Position numbers and translations under genes: made by a program. Shown here piece after piece: positions 12,287 to 64,000 of a DNA stretch of 64,000 bases (its first letter is position 1; each line of letters opens with the position of its first letter). Source of the stretch: Tubiluchus corallicola (taxonomy: Eukaryota > Animalia > Priapulida). The stretch spans positions 14,871 through 78,870 of the forward strand of contig JAQGDQ010000941.1 in the NCBI GenBank assembly GCA_030141605.1, written 5' to 3'. The notes below the pieces were generated by a model, which saw nothing but the letters and a program-made list of their open reading frames with translations, was not told where the DNA came from and searched no databases.

Positions 12287-13948
12287 GTTGAATTCCCAAA
12301 GTTATTTAACTCAGTAACTATTTTTAATTATTTTTCTTGAAAAAGTCAGCCACATCACATTGTCATTGTTACAAAACTATATAGGCTTGCAAAGTGACAA
12401 AAAGGCTTTATGAGCAGATTAGTGTGTTGACCAGCATCACAGTCAAAATGCTTCCAGTTTTTCTTACAGAACTTTGTGAAGTAAATGTACATCGTTGTGA
12501 GATATACGTTACATAATAAAAGTTTCACAAAAATTTTTGTAGACGTACCTTACTTAATAAAGTCTTTGTCAGATTTTTGTCTACAAAGTTTTGTAATAAA
12601 CAGCTGGAATGTCTGGACTGTTGTGCTGAATTACTTATATATGCTGTAAGACCATTTTAGGTCCACAGTTTTGTACTTACAGTATTTATTGAAGCATTAT
12701 ATTATCAATTAGCTTAGCTGACTTTAGTGTGAGCAAATCTGTCTGTCAAAGAAAAATATGCATTTTGCTTTTTTGACTGTAATGAAATTTATTTTGTGTG
12801 TCATGTTGGATACCAAAGAATTCAAATTTAGTATTTTTTAATGTTTCTTATTACATCAGGTGATTCTATTTTGTTATAGTTGCATTAAATTTGTTACGAA
12901 TATTGTTAAATTTTAATAAAAATTACTTTATATTAATTAAAAATGTCTCTGCTGTTTCCCTTGTACCATGAGAATTTTTACATTTGTATCATGAGAGTAT
13001 TAATTAATATTTTGTTTTAGTATTTTATTAAAAAAACATTTACATTTTAGCATAAAAGTCTTAGCAAAAATAGGCATTATTATTCCAAAGAGATTAATAC
13101 AACATAACATAGTGACTTAAATCTAGGAATCTGATAAAGAATTGCATCAGTTAACTATCTACATGTTATCACAAAATTAATAACAATCGTTTTATTCACA
13201 TACAAATGATTTTGCTTTTGATGTATAAATAATGATACATACAATAATGATGTATACAAATGATGTATAAATAATCAAATGTAGTACATAGATTGTTTAG
13301 TCTGGTTTAGATGAGGCTTTCATTTACACTTTTATATACCATGCATTAAACAGAACAAATTTATTACAATATGATAAAGATGAATATATATATATATATA
13401 TATATATGCTTGAGGCGTATAGAACTTGTTATTTGAGAAAAATATTTTGAAATAGTTAACACTGCTGCTCTTTTAAAAAAATTCAGCTGTTTTAAAAAAC
13501 GTGCTGTTGATTTGATGCGTGCTCGTCTTTAAAACGTAACACTTAATGTTAAACTAGGAAAATCAACCAAGCAACGACTTAGTTAAGTATTCACGTCCTG
13601 AAAAGTATGTGAACTACGCTTAACCTCGATTAACAATAGCTAATGACACAATATTTGTCCAATACAAAACAGTATTTGCAAACAAATTGAATGTACAAAA
13701 GTAATTATGTTACAACTTACATATACAATAATAAAGCACATTCATCTACAATTATATACAATCAAGTAGATCGCTAATAATGAAGAAATCTACCGTAAAT
13801 ACAAATAAACAGCACAATACAGTGGCGCCATGTACAGTGTCATAGTTCTATAAAATATTACGATCAAACTTTAAGCTTAATCTTAATTGTCGAAATAATA
13901 TTGTATGTAAAATACTCTAAAACTTAATTTTGTCTTAAAAAGTTTCAA

Positions 13949-15001
13949 TCACGAGTGAGAAAACTTTTGCATTCTTCGTAACAACGAAAGTCTGTAACTA
14001 TGATCAGCTGCAGGTGACCAGGGAATCCCTAGAGAAGCGGGACCGGAGAAAGAGGGTAGAGGTGTCAGCCTAGGAGAAGGTGAGAATTGTGCGTAGTTTG
14101 TTGGGATTGGGGCAGAGAAGGCAGGCAAGGGAGTATAGTTAGCTGTTGGAATGGCTGTGCAAAATTGGACTGGTGCTGGTGGTGGAAACGAAGCTGCAGC
14201 TATTTGCGATGCTGATGCTGCAACTCCTGCAGGATGTTGGCATGACGACATTTGGTTGAACATCAGCGATCTCTCCTTTTCGACATGGGACCTCAATACA
14301 TCAGCCGGATTTAGATGCATGGGATAATACGGAGCAAAGCGGGGATAGCTGGAAGTGAGCAACAGCGACTTCCTTGCACGACGTCTAGCCTGTCTCCGGC
14401 GGAAGTCACCTTTGGAAAAGTCCTCTATGTTTGCCGGATGGATGGCCCAATAGTTGCCTTTTCCGGTTTCGCTACGGCCTATCTTGATGAAACACTCGTT
14501 CAGGGACAGATTGTGTCTAACGCTGTTCCTCCAGTACCGGTCCTCATTGCGGAAGTACGGATGTGAGTCCATGATAAACTGATAGATTTCGCTCAACACC
14601 ATTTTCTTTTCTGAGCTGCTCAAGATGGCCTTGGATATTAACGCTATGTAGGATTCACTGGGTTTCTTTACCGTCGTCGACTTTCCTTCTCCGTGTCCGT
14701 CGTCGCTTTCGTAACCCGATGACGTAGTTGGTGAGGAACCTACCGCCTTTGCGTGCTTCTCTTTTGACGTGGAATCCACTTCCCCGTCGCGAAGACAGCG
14801 CTCTTTTTCTAGATGATCGGACGGTCGATTGAAGCCGCCCGTCTGTTGTGCAATTCTGTCTGAAGATGGCGCTTCTCGAAGCTGTGTGCTGGAATCCAGG
14901 TATTTAAATTGACAAGAGTCTACTGATTGGGAGGAGTCGTCCATTTCAGCTGCACTTAGTTTCTCTCCCGCAATGATGTGATCAATGTTGAACAAAGTCA
15001 T
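13949..15001 (-). CDS. FoxQ2: Forkhead box Q2-class transcription factor, single exon, 350 aa
   Basis: Forkhead domain KP.ESYIALI...WRNSVRHNLSLNECFIK.GRS..GKGNYWAIHPANIEDFSKGDFRRRQARRR, diagnostic of FoxQ2. N-terminal EH1-like FNIDHII; Pro/Ala-rich C-terminus. Confidence 0.93.
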   Translation of the reverse strand: MTLFNIDHIIAGEKLSAAEMDDSSQSVDSCQFKYLDSSTQLREAPSSDRIAQQTGGFNRPSDHLEKERCLRDGEVDSTSKEKHAKAVGSSPTTSSGYESDDGHGEGKSTTVKKPSESYIALISKAILSSSEKKMVLSEIYQFIMDSHPYFRNEDRYWRNSVRHNLSLNECFIKIGRSETGKGNYWAIHPANIEDFSKGDFRRRQARRRARKSLLLTSSYPRFAPYYPMHLNPADVLRSHVEKERSLMFNQMSSCQHPAGVAASASQIAAASFPPPAPVQFCTAIPTANYTPLPAFSAPIPTNYAQFSPSPRLTPLPSFSGPASLGIPWSPAADHSYRLSLLRRMQKFSHS

Positions 15002-15224
15002 ACTAAACTATTTATTGGTTCTGTACTGCAGGTCGTTTTTCACACTTAAAACATTTGTTACTAAAAGTCCGTCTTCCCTTGAAAACTTTACAATGAACTA
15101 ACAGCAGCAAAAACAACGTCTAAGTTCAACTCTTTTCACAACTAACTGCATTCGCGAACTTTCAGGACGGTCAAACGTAAACTAAACTGTTCCAAGTCGC
15201 CTTCAGGACAGGCTAAAGTAATCA

Positions 15225-15370
15225 CACTTGAGGTCTCTGTGATTGGTTCCTAACAAGACGCTTGAGGGCTCTGTGATTGGTTCCCAACACTAGACGTCAC
15301 TCAGCTAACTTATTGTTGCCTTTAACGAAGTTGTTAATAAACTTGTTGTCATGGAGTGTTGTAAACAAAA
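15225..15370 (-). promoter_or_regulatory. Candidate FoxQ2 proximal promoter: tandem CCAAT boxes, CRE-like site, forkhead site
   Basis: Duplicated CTCTGTGATTGGTTCC (ATTGG at 15242 and 15276), GTGACGTCT on minus at 15292-15300, GTAAACA at 15361-15367. Confidence 0.5.
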
Positions 15371-15884
15371 CGCAGAACAATGAACGATAGATTATCACAG
15401 CTAACCCCAAGCACCTGCTTAAAGAACCAAGCTGTAAATGCGCCATTTTGCGCAGACCCTGAAGCTATCATTGTTATAATCTGGATGCGTGGCTGTGCCA
15501 GGATTGCGTGTAATCATGTCGTAATCATCAGCTAAGCGCTATTGATTAATTGATAAAACAAATAGAGTGGCAGCGAGTTAAACCTGTCCCGCCCTATTCT
15601 CTGTCAAGCATTGTCCCAAACATCTTGTTATCTGTAGCAGACAATAAGCTCGCTAGGGGGCGTCCAGTGGGAAGTCCAGGTAGTCTCTACGTCCAGTGGT
15701 TTGCGTCAGACGCCCACTAAATCTGGCGTGGGCGTTTGATTCCCCGAGTCTGTCACTGGAGAACGTACAAGAAACTCTTCTACTTGATGAAAAATCCCTC
15801 AAATTCAATTATTAAACAAGGAGGGAACACGACTGTACTGTATCACTGGTTTATCTTCAAGTGAAGGGGAAAAGGAAAAACCTA

Positions 15885-16022
<138 letters not shown>

Positions 16023-17363
16023 ATATATACACACCATATCAACATCTTTCACTTTTTAAGTCTGTAACTTTTATTGCGTTTTTCATATCTTTGTGTATTA
16101 TACTTGTATTGTGTATTATGTTATGATTATAACGATTATAATATATATATAATATAATATAATCGTTAAACTGTTATATATATATATATATATAATAACG
16201 ATTATATATATAATACATCAGTCTATTACTGATCATTTTAACTAGAATTTTAAATTCATTGTTTATTTTTGTTCATTAAAGCTATTCATCTGTAGTTGAC
16301 ACAGAACTTTCATAGTGCTAGTTTTCTAGCTAGAGTCATCCACAGAGTGAGGTACGTGACTGATGCTTTAATATGTTCATATACAATGCAAGTGAGACTG
16401 GTCCTATGTGCAAAGACGTATAGGGTTCATTGTATACACAATAAATTGACTATAACTACAGATAAAACAAAACAAAAAATAGACTATAAACAAACGCGAA
16501 GCGAGACTTGATCAACTGATGATTTTTACTCAAATACAAATATTTTAACACCCAATACGAGAGCCACCTTCTCTTTCACAAAATTTTCTCTTTCCCTTTA
16601 CTTAAAAAAATGCCTGTAAAATTCCAGCAACCAAAGCCTGCTTTGATTTTTCACTTGGAAAAAAATCAAATGCAGTAGATGGTTCTAGTTCCGTATTTTT
16701 ATTACATTTTGAACTGACATCAACCATTTATAAGAGGGGTAACAAACCTAGAAGAAACTTCAACAGCATTTTTCTCTCAAGGTTCTGTAACTATGTGGTC
16801 TCAAGTGCCCTCTTCAAAAAATCGAGTTTGGTATGCCTACTTTTCAGCTATAGGTCCCATGCATAAATCCAAAATGGCGTCCGTCAAACCCCAAAATCAA
16901 TTATATCTCTTAAACCGTAGAACCTAGGTGAAAAAAAATGCTATTGACAGTACGAATCTGCACCACAGGATACCAAAAATTTCGTTCTTTTTCATCTATA
17001 ATGTAAAATTGAATGTGAGCAATACGCCCATGTAGCTGTTCTATACTTGCCATCCTCTCTATCTCTATGTTTTGTTCTTTAACCATCACCGTAATAAATG
17101 AAAAAATTGCTAACATTTGCATCGTTGAAACGAAACTTTGATCCTAAAAATTTTTTAATCGTGCAGTTATAAGTACGTTGTGGGCCTAATTAAATTACAG
17201 CCTTACTAAGACAGGCAACGCCCGTTCACTCGTTTCATTGAAATAGATTATTAAAATTGAATGCAATCCATTTTAAGCCTACGCTGCAGTACAGCTACTT
17301 TAAACGACGTTTGTTTAGACTGAAACTTAAATTTACCTCTTTTGAAGTTTTCTATCATTATCA

Positions 17364-17915
17364 AGGCCATTATGACAGAGCGTGGCTCACCACAGCAATT
17401 CTATAATAGAGGTCTAGAACACATTATGATCTTTATTATGAGGTAGAGTAGACCTATTGGTAGATAGTGGTTTTACTTTGCAAAGGTGTTTAAAGAAAAA
17501 AATTATCAAAAATAATGAGATGAATTACAATTAATTCTTAATTTCGAATATAAGATTAATAATAGAATGACCCCCACAGTCACCAATAAATTACCGAAAA
17601 CATTCTTGTAGTTAAAAGATCGAGACTGAAGTGATTGTTTTATAAATACTTTTCTAAAAAACCCCTGCTTTAATTTGCTTAGCTGATAATTCTTAGTTGT
17701 TTGAGGCTAAAATGTCAAAGTAACCTTGGAGTTTTGCATGCCTAACAGATTGAGACTAATTTCAGATTAAAACAAATCTATTTAGAAACGGGTACTTTAT
17801 TCCATACTAAAAATTTCTGAGGCCATTATGAATTCTGGGACCACTATTATAGAATATAGTCGGTGAGCCCACTATACTATAGACTATGGTGAGCCACGCT
17901 CTGTCATAATGGCCT
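17364..17915. mobile_element. Inverted-repeat-bounded non-autonomous element
   Basis: 29-bp perfect inverted ends AGGCCATTATGACAGAGCGTGGCTCACCA; no clear TSD. Confidence 0.65.
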
Positions 17916-18680
17916 GCTCTAAATAAGTCAGACGCCACGTTGTGTAAGAATTTTCTCTTGTTTAAGGAAGTTTGTCTCACAGCTTGCGACGAGGTGATGC
18001 AAGAATATAATGAGGTGCAAGAACAACTGCAGTGTGTCACAAGCCAGGGGAGGAGAAATTTAATAAACTTCATTATCTTCACCCCCGACGTGCGAGAAAC
18101 TCTAATAAGTGCACTTTGCGCAGGCGCGAAGACAATTATCGATTCAGGACGCACCGCGGGACAGACAACAACTAGAACAATGCCGAGGACGCGAAGGCTG
18201 GCAGTTTTGCTGAAGCTTGAAGTAGTTTGTTGGTAAAGGTAAGTGATTCAAGTGAATCACTCGAGATCAGCGATGTTTCATTTAAAACTTTCCTGCCTTC
18301 AAGTTCTCATAAAATTAAGATAACGAACATTATGTTTCACGTAGTCTATTCTAACCCATTCCATTTTATTCTATTCTGTCCTGTCCTATCCTGTTCTGTG
18401 CAACGCTGTACCCGTCCTGTTTGATTTAACCCCATTCTATTCCACTCTGTTCTGTTCTAGTCCAGCAATAGTTGAAAAATACTCATGTCATAAGCTGGAT
18501 CACTCCAACTTCTAAATAATTTCAAAGTTTTTCTTGCTTTTTCTCTCGTCTCATCCCATTTCAACTTCTAGTACATCTTTCCATTCTTCACTTCCTGTCT
18601 TTTTCATCTTCTTGCCTGCATCTTTCCTGAATTGCTTGTTTGGTTTATTCTATTGTTTCTTATGGTACGGTCCTCTAAAA

Positions 18681-19093
18681 CAGGGGTGTGAAAACTGCGG
18701 CCCGCCGAGAGATCTTGTTCGGCCCGCGAAGAGGTTTGTCAACCTAATGAAAGTGCGGCCCATGCGATCCAGCTGAAGTCTGCGCCAATATCGCAAAGAC
18801 AGTGCGGGTAGTTTTTTCCTCTAGATCGGATGGCATTAACCCTTACAAGACCGTTGTCGCGTAATGTCGCTGTCGGACATGACGAAATATATGGTTTTTA
18901 ATATAAGTTTTAATAACTTCTAAAATAGTTTCTTGAGTGTAGTAAGCAGTAGTAATGATGTGACAGATCAGATGCAAAAAAATCGTTATTAGGTCCTACT
19001 GTACTTGGCTCCTTGACCAAACTGCATGTGGCCCACAGGAACTGCGGGAATGTTTAATGTGGCCCGGCTAGTCAGATAATTTGCACACCCCTG
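18681..19093 (+). mobile_element. hAT-type MITE family A, copy 2 (internally deleted)
   Basis: Same TIR and body as 5500-5999; perfect TSD CTCTAAAA. Confidence 0.92.
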
Positions 19094-19139
19094 CTCTAAA
19101 AGCTAAAATGCAGCACTTTGGAATGTAAGACCAACTCAT

Positions 19140-19272
19140 CGTCAGACGGACGTCATTACGAATGATAACCCTCTGAAACAGGGACCGACATGCTAGGGTA
19201 CGTATCCTTTTTCTCAACAAGGCGGTCACCCGTGCATTCACAGACCAGCTCAGCGTTGCTTAACTTCAATCA
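19140..19272 (-). mobile_element. SINE remnant with a 5S rRNA-like segment
   Basis: Minus strand GAAGTTAAGCAACGCTGAGCTGGTCTGTGAATGCACGGGTGACCGCC resembles the 5S internal control region; related copies near 30340, 52235 and 59560. Confidence 0.5.
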
Positions 19273-20854
19273 ATAAAAACACACAGTAATCACTGTTATT
19301 TATAGCCTTAGTTCTGTGCAACACGAACTTGGCATGTCAACATGTCCTCAACACCAGAGGCGTTTCAGTAGCGTTTTAAGAGCTTGTGGGAACAGCAGAG
19401 CAGATAAGGCGTGTGCTTAAGTCAATGAACGTTAAGTGTGGTTAGTAAATAAACGAGTGACTAAATCTGCTTTAGTGTCTCTGGCTATTTATTAAGTTAA
19501 GGAAGTATTTCTTGTATTGATCTGTCTTTCTTACCGTTTCTAATTGGCATAATTACGCATGTTGTCTTTTATGCAACCTTAATTTTTTAAGCATGCTGTG
19601 ATGTGAAGTGATATAAAATATAAGATTTAATCAGTCAGTCAAACATCAACCAACCATCCAGCCAACCAAACTGTCAGTCAGACAAACAAGTGAACAACAA
19701 ATCAACCAGTCAAGTCGGTTGGTCGGTCAGTCAGCCAGCGACTCAGTTAATCAATCACCCAATCGATCTATCAGACAAACAATTAACCAAAAATCAGTCA
19801 GTCAATTAATCAGTCAAACAATCAGTCAGTCAATGAACAAGTCAGTCAGTCAATCAATCAATCATGCACACAGTGCCTAGAGATTACTCTACCAGTTCTA
19901 CGTCGTATATGAGCACGTACATTTTCAACGTAACAAATTCACGTAATTGTGATTACTGCAAGACTAGTGTATAGTAGATTCTAATGACTTTAATCCTCGA
20001 TAATCTTAAAATTTCACAACGTAATTTGTAGGCTCAATCAACGGGCTCAATGTATAGTATATATTAGAAGTATAGGTACAGCTACAGTGGTATTTTAGAC
20101 TCGAGTATGCTGCACTGGGCCCACTGCACTGGTAGGTAGGTCATACAAGCTCCTTGCTTGACGGCTACGTATGCAGTGACTTCTCAATCAGCGTTTCGAA
20201 CCAGAATTCCCCAAATTTAAGAGATGCTGGTCTACAAAAGGCAGGGCAGTTATTTGGATTTTTGAAGAACAGCATTCCAGTTGTCCTACGGCTATAGGCC
20301 TACTCCTATAGGACAGAAATCGTACCAAAAGATGTTATAAAACTGCTAATTAGTGGTTGGAAATGCAAAAAGGAGTTACTCAGCCTGGATTTGAACCAGA
20401 ACCTTTGCTTGCTGTTTGAACCCAGAATGAATTAGTTATTGACTAAAATCTATCGCCTCACTCACAAACATCAAATTAATGTTTATTCTTTCAGTCCGTG
20501 TGACATTAATTTTTCCTACTCGGAAAAGTGAAAGTTTTTTAATTGTGTTCTAATTGCTCTATAATGAAATACTTGCAATACAGACATCATTCTACCATCG
20601 AAAAATCAAACCAGTGAGAATAATAAATTCAGCTTTAATGTGTAACAAATACAAAACATAATGTATACATAATATGATAGTAATATTTATGATTCACTTT
20701 GTAAATAGGGAAACAAAATACGGTTTACTTTAACACTATACAATAACAGAGCTGATAATTTATGCAGGATACAGCTATTGTATGAGCTTCCAGAATTTCT
20801 GTTATAAACCAGGATAAAGCTAAAGGTTTCAAACTTTATAATTAATACATGTAC

Positions 20855-21216
20855 CAGGGTTCCCACAGAATTTTGATATAAATTTTCCTGACATTTCTCC
20901 GACCAAATATTGATTTTCCATGACCAAAATAAGGAAAAATTGCATTGCTAGTATTTTTGTGTATGGACATTTCATACATATATTGATATATAATGATGTC
21001 AGGCAATTATTATATTAGGAGCCAAAGCAAAGTTTTTGTTGAACACGAATCGCTGAAAAATATCTTTGGAAAAATATCGACTCACGGTGATTATTTTTGC
21101 AACCCTTTCAAATTTCCCTGACTTTTCGCCCCATTTTCATCATTTTTCCAGACTTTTTCATGACTTTCCATGCTAGCCTGCATTTTCCAGGATTTTTCCT
21201 GACCGTGGGAACTCTG
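20855..21216. mobile_element. MITE with CAGGGTTCCCAC termini
   Basis: Ends CAGGGTTCCCAC / GTGGGAACTCTG, flanked by ATGTAC on both sides. Confidence 0.75.
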
Positions 21217-22119
21217 ATGTACAACATTATCTAAAGTGAAACCAAATTTGGTTAACAGTCACTTTTCAGAATTTACATTACAAGTATGAAAGTTACAAGA
21301 AAAGATGTAATGTTAAAAAAGAGAAAGTTGAAAAAGGATCTATTAACCAAATCTTTGGGGCACAACCCTATTTCAAAATTTGCAGTCAACTGCAAACAAC
21401 TGGAACAAGTACCACAAGGTACTTTGCAAAACTAACCACAATCTACAAAAAACTTACAGTAGTTTAATACGTTTGATATCGAGGAAAATGAAAGTTACTG
21501 GTAATTCTTCATGCATTTAACAGTATTTCCATATCACTGGTTTTATATTTTTCATGCTTCTTTAAGGTACACAAATTAGCTTTTAATTACAAACCGAGTG
21601 ACTTGAGATATCAATTAATATCTCAATTATTACTTTTTTGCCACTTATCAATAAGCCTTTTCGTTGCGCACACGCGTAGTTGCTGTAGGTCAAAGGTTAA
21701 TTGTACCACAGCAACGCGTCTACCACTACAACTGTCACGTGACATGTGAGTAAAGCAAAGTCTAGTTGAGTAACTTCAGTTGTTTTATGTGGACTTTACT
21801 TAATTGTGTATCAGTCTGTGTGGGACCTTAAGCACTACGAAACGTTGTATAGCTAGCATTTGTCGCTTTTTCAATTATTATTACAATATCATGGGCTGCG
21901 AGGCGTTGTCAAGTGTACACAAATGCATTGTCTGGTACACTCAACCTTTGACCTTTTCACGATCATCATCAATCGCTGGAACTATGAAAAGGCTTATTAC
22001 TACGTGTAAGCATTAAGTAATTCTGTGAATTATTGTAAATACATGTTAAGGGGCTTTCAGGGCCACAAAAACTGTTTGTAATCTCGGCCTAAAGGGAACA
22101 TACAATACTTATCTACTTC

Positions 22120-22570
22120 TGCTATGATAATGGCCATGTTTAGAATAAGAGAGTGTTTTTAAGCCACTACATTACTGCCATGTTTAAAATGAAATGCTAT
22201 TTTTAAATCAACTACATCACCAGAATAAGATACTGTTTGTTTTAATAAACTATATTACCAAAATAGCCATATTTAGAATGATATGTTTTCTAATCCGCTA
22301 CATTACCATTATGATCATCTTTTGCGAGATGTCTTTTGATACATTTCATTGCCATATGTGGAATCGGATTTTCTAATGCGTTACATTACAACTGTGACAA
22401 GTAAGCTAATCCACTACCATGTTTAATGCGACATTTTTTAAATAAAGCGGATTACCACTTTTGCCATGTTCAGAATGATGTCTTTTGATCCACTACATGA
22501 CCATTATGACTATGTTGAGAAAGAAATGTTGTTTAATCCACAACATTACCACTAGATGGCGCTGTAGATG
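22120..22570. repeat. Old degenerate minisatellite of about 42 bp
   Basis: Recurrent CCACTACATTACCA...CCATGTT.AGAAT. Confidence 0.7.
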
Positions 22571-24447
22571 TGACAATTTGGAACAAAACAAACAACACAA
22601 TTGTTCTCTTTGCGATCCATTCACTATTGCAAGGGGGGGGCTCAGCTTTCATTCAGTATCTTCCATGACGTCACAAGTGGTTTAGTTACATTAGTCACAA
22701 TCGATACACAGGAATAAAATGGTGTACAAAGTCATGCATCAATCACCGGCCGAACAACTGGAATGTTTACAAATAACGAATGCGAAAAGTAGTGCCAACT
22801 GTAATAAATAACAATACCTAGCTCAAACGAACACGCCTCATGCACACCTTTACCTAGCTCAAACGAACACACCTCATGCACACCTTTGCTTCGCGTTGCG
22901 ATTACAGAGCATTACACGCTGGCCAAAACCAGTATAATATTGCAAATTACACGTACAATTAACAACAACAGGGTCTGGTACACTGATATGATACGTTGAA
23001 CTTTTGGCACAGACGGGTGATAGTCGTAATAAAGTAGTGAGTATGGTTCCTTATGAGAAAACGAAACAAGTTTTTCCCAAATAAAGTAGGGAATTGAAAA
23101 GCACATGAATTACCTACAATAACTGATAAGATAAATATGGCAAATGAAGCCATACAGGCAATATGGCAAATGAAGCCATACAGGCAATATGGCAAATGAA
23201 GCCATACAGGCAATATTGTAAGTGCCAAATACCAGCAGTTTTTTATTAGGAATGTTGAGTGAAACAATACATTAACACTAACTTAAAAAGAGTTCTATTT
23301 TTAGAAGAAAAAATATTTTAAGCTGTAGTATTTTACACTGTTTTCAAGATGGAAGATCTATAGTGATAATTACTAACCAATGACCATACATTTAAACTGT
23401 CCATTTTAGTAACAAAAGAGTAACAACATTTTACGAATTCCAACATCACAATAAATAGGATATTTAGAAAACTGTTTTACGAGTTGCCTTAACTTAATAA
23501 ATAATTTACTCGTTAACAGAAAAAGTTTATTTACAAGTCATGCAGATAATAAATATTAATTACACGTTTAATTACATTCGAATCAACATTTTAACAAAAA
23601 AAAACCGTTGCTTACTAACACTTACAACTGACGAAGAAAAATCACTTCTCTTGCATTATGCACTGCACTGATTCCCGTTAAAAATCAAAATTCCGGTGTT
23701 ACGTTACGTCTTCATAATTAGAATTATTTCGTTCAACGCAATAACGATGCAGAATAGGTTTATTAATACGACTAATTCATAACCAAACATATATGAATGC
23801 TAAAAATGTAGGTGCTTGATATTTGACTGACAACTGCTCTGACAATTATCAATAATGACCAAACATTTAGGACTGTAGACACCCACGCACCACTGAAATA
23901 ATAAGCTACATAATGTCATAATGCACGTATGTACTGATACTTCTGTGCACAGTATGGAAACTAGCACATGGCAAAATTCTCATTTTATGGCAATTGTAAC
24001 TGGGAACTAAAGTGTAAAACACGGGGCATTATGGTGGAGTGCACTAACAGTAATGCATATGGCGGAGGGAGCATTTACAAGCTGTGTACTAGCTCTGTCA
24101 TTGGGGAACAGAATGGCATAATAACAGTAGTATCATTGTACACTTCATTACTCTGCATGGCGGAGAGCTCAATTACAGTGGCCATGATATGTGTACCACT
24201 TTGGTATGGACACAGTACAGTGAACTACACAAACTTATACTGTGTCTGGTAAAGAGACAGTTACAGCAGTTGTCTCCACATGTCACCATTGCCTACATTA
24301 TATAAACCAACAGAAGGTCTATTGGCACTTAAGAATTATAATAATTAGCAGGGATGCAGCAAAACTTCTGCCAGTGCAGATATGAAGAATTTTTACTTCA
24401 TAACAATCGACATTGCTAATGTTTTTCCCTAAAAAAAACCCCATTCA

Positions 24448-62913
<38,466 letters not shown>

Positions 62914-63109
62914 CTAAAATTAAAATCATTTTAAAAATTCAAAAAGATGACGGAAATGAATTGATGCCAAAATCAGTAATTATCATTTTGAAACTACTAA
63001 ACAGTGATTTCGTGTTATCTGAAACTGATTTGAGACCTCAGCATCTCAGACAGCAACAATAACATCATCGGCATGGTGTAAAGAAGAAATTCCACCAAAG
63101 CTTTGCACA

Positions 63110-64000
63110 TATTTAACAAACTTAGGTATGTCATTTACAACATCATCATCGATGCGCTGTACAAACTTAGGTATGTCATTTACAACATCATCATCGATGC
63201 ACTGTACAAACTTAGGTATGTCATTTACAGCATCATCATCAATGCGCTGTACAAACTTAGGTATGTCATTTACAGCATCATCATCAATGCGCTGTACAAA
63301 CTTAGGTATGTCATTTACAGCATCATCATCAATGCGCTGTACAAACTTAGGTATGTCATTTACAGCATCATCATCGATGCACTGTACAAACTTAGGTATG
63401 TCATTTACAGCATCATCATCGATGCACTGTATAAACTTAGGTATGTCATTTACAGCATCATCATCAATTCGCTGTACAAACTTAGGTATGTCATTTACAG
63501 CATCATCATCGATGCACTGTACAAACTTAGGTATGTCATTTACAGCATCATCATCGATGCACTGTACAAACTTAGGTATGTCATTTACAGCATCATCATC
63601 ATTGCTCTGTACAAACTTAGGTATGTCATTTACAGCATCATCATCAATGCGCTGTACAAACTTAGGTATGTTATTTACAACATCATCATCATTGCTCTGT
63701 ACAAACTTAGCTATGTCATTTACAGCATCATCATCGATGCACTGTACAAACTTAGGTATGTCATTTACAACATCATCATCGATGCTCTGTACAAACTTAG
63801 GTATGTCATTTACAGCATCATCATCGATGCACTGTATAAACTTACGTATGTCATTTACAACATCATCATCATTGCTCTGTACAAACTTAGGTATGTCATT
63901 TACAACATCATCATCGATGCTCTGTACAAACTTAGGTATGTCATTTATAACATCATCATCATTGCTCTGTACAAACTTAGGTATGTCATTTACAACATCA
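63110..64000. repeat. 45-bp minisatellite, about 20 copies, running off the window
   Basis: Unit ACAAACTTAGGTATGTCATTTACAGCATCATCATCGATGCACTGT. Confidence 0.95.

Noticed and set aside
14315-14566. Antisense ORF inside FoxQ2
   Set aside because: Shadow frame of the forkhead coding region.
17807-18236. Overlapping 115-aa and 98-aa ORFs
   Set aside because: No recognisable domain, non-ATG starts, partly within a repeat end.
20365-20415. tRNA-like B box (GGTTCAAATCC on minus); similar traces near 15700-15750 and 47545-47605
   Set aside because: No cloverleaf can be formed; at most decayed tRNA-derived SINE heads.

Overview
AT-rich, repeat-dense invertebrate animal genomic DNA with spliced genes. 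Three protein-coding loci are supported. (1) The last four exons of a ceramide transfer protein gene (CERT, START domain; + strand, 2084-6258). (2) An intronless FoxQ2-class forkhead gene with an N-terminal EH1-like motif (- strand, 13949-15001). (3) Twenty-two exons of a four-domain voltage-gated channel (- strand, 24448-62913), from the I-II linker to the C-terminus. I assembled these exons by hand with GT-AG sites and consistent phases; domain I lies beyond the window. The channel's visible filter residues are E/E/A (Nav2 / DSC1-type DEEA) and its inactivation motif is VLL rather than IFM/MFL. Non-coding space holds many hAT and pogo/Tigger-type MITEs with target-site duplications, an internally deleted RTE element, 5S-like SINE remnants, two inverted pairs of hammerhead-like (Penelope-type) remnants, long foldbacks, and many mini- and microsatellites. 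Several repeats duplicate real splice sites. There is no CRISPR or prokaryotic system. I cannot claim a confirmed new biological system; the best leads are the Phe-less Nav2 inactivation gate, the splice-donor tandem array in CERT, a candidate repeat-derived Nav2 cassette exon, and the hammerhead pairs.
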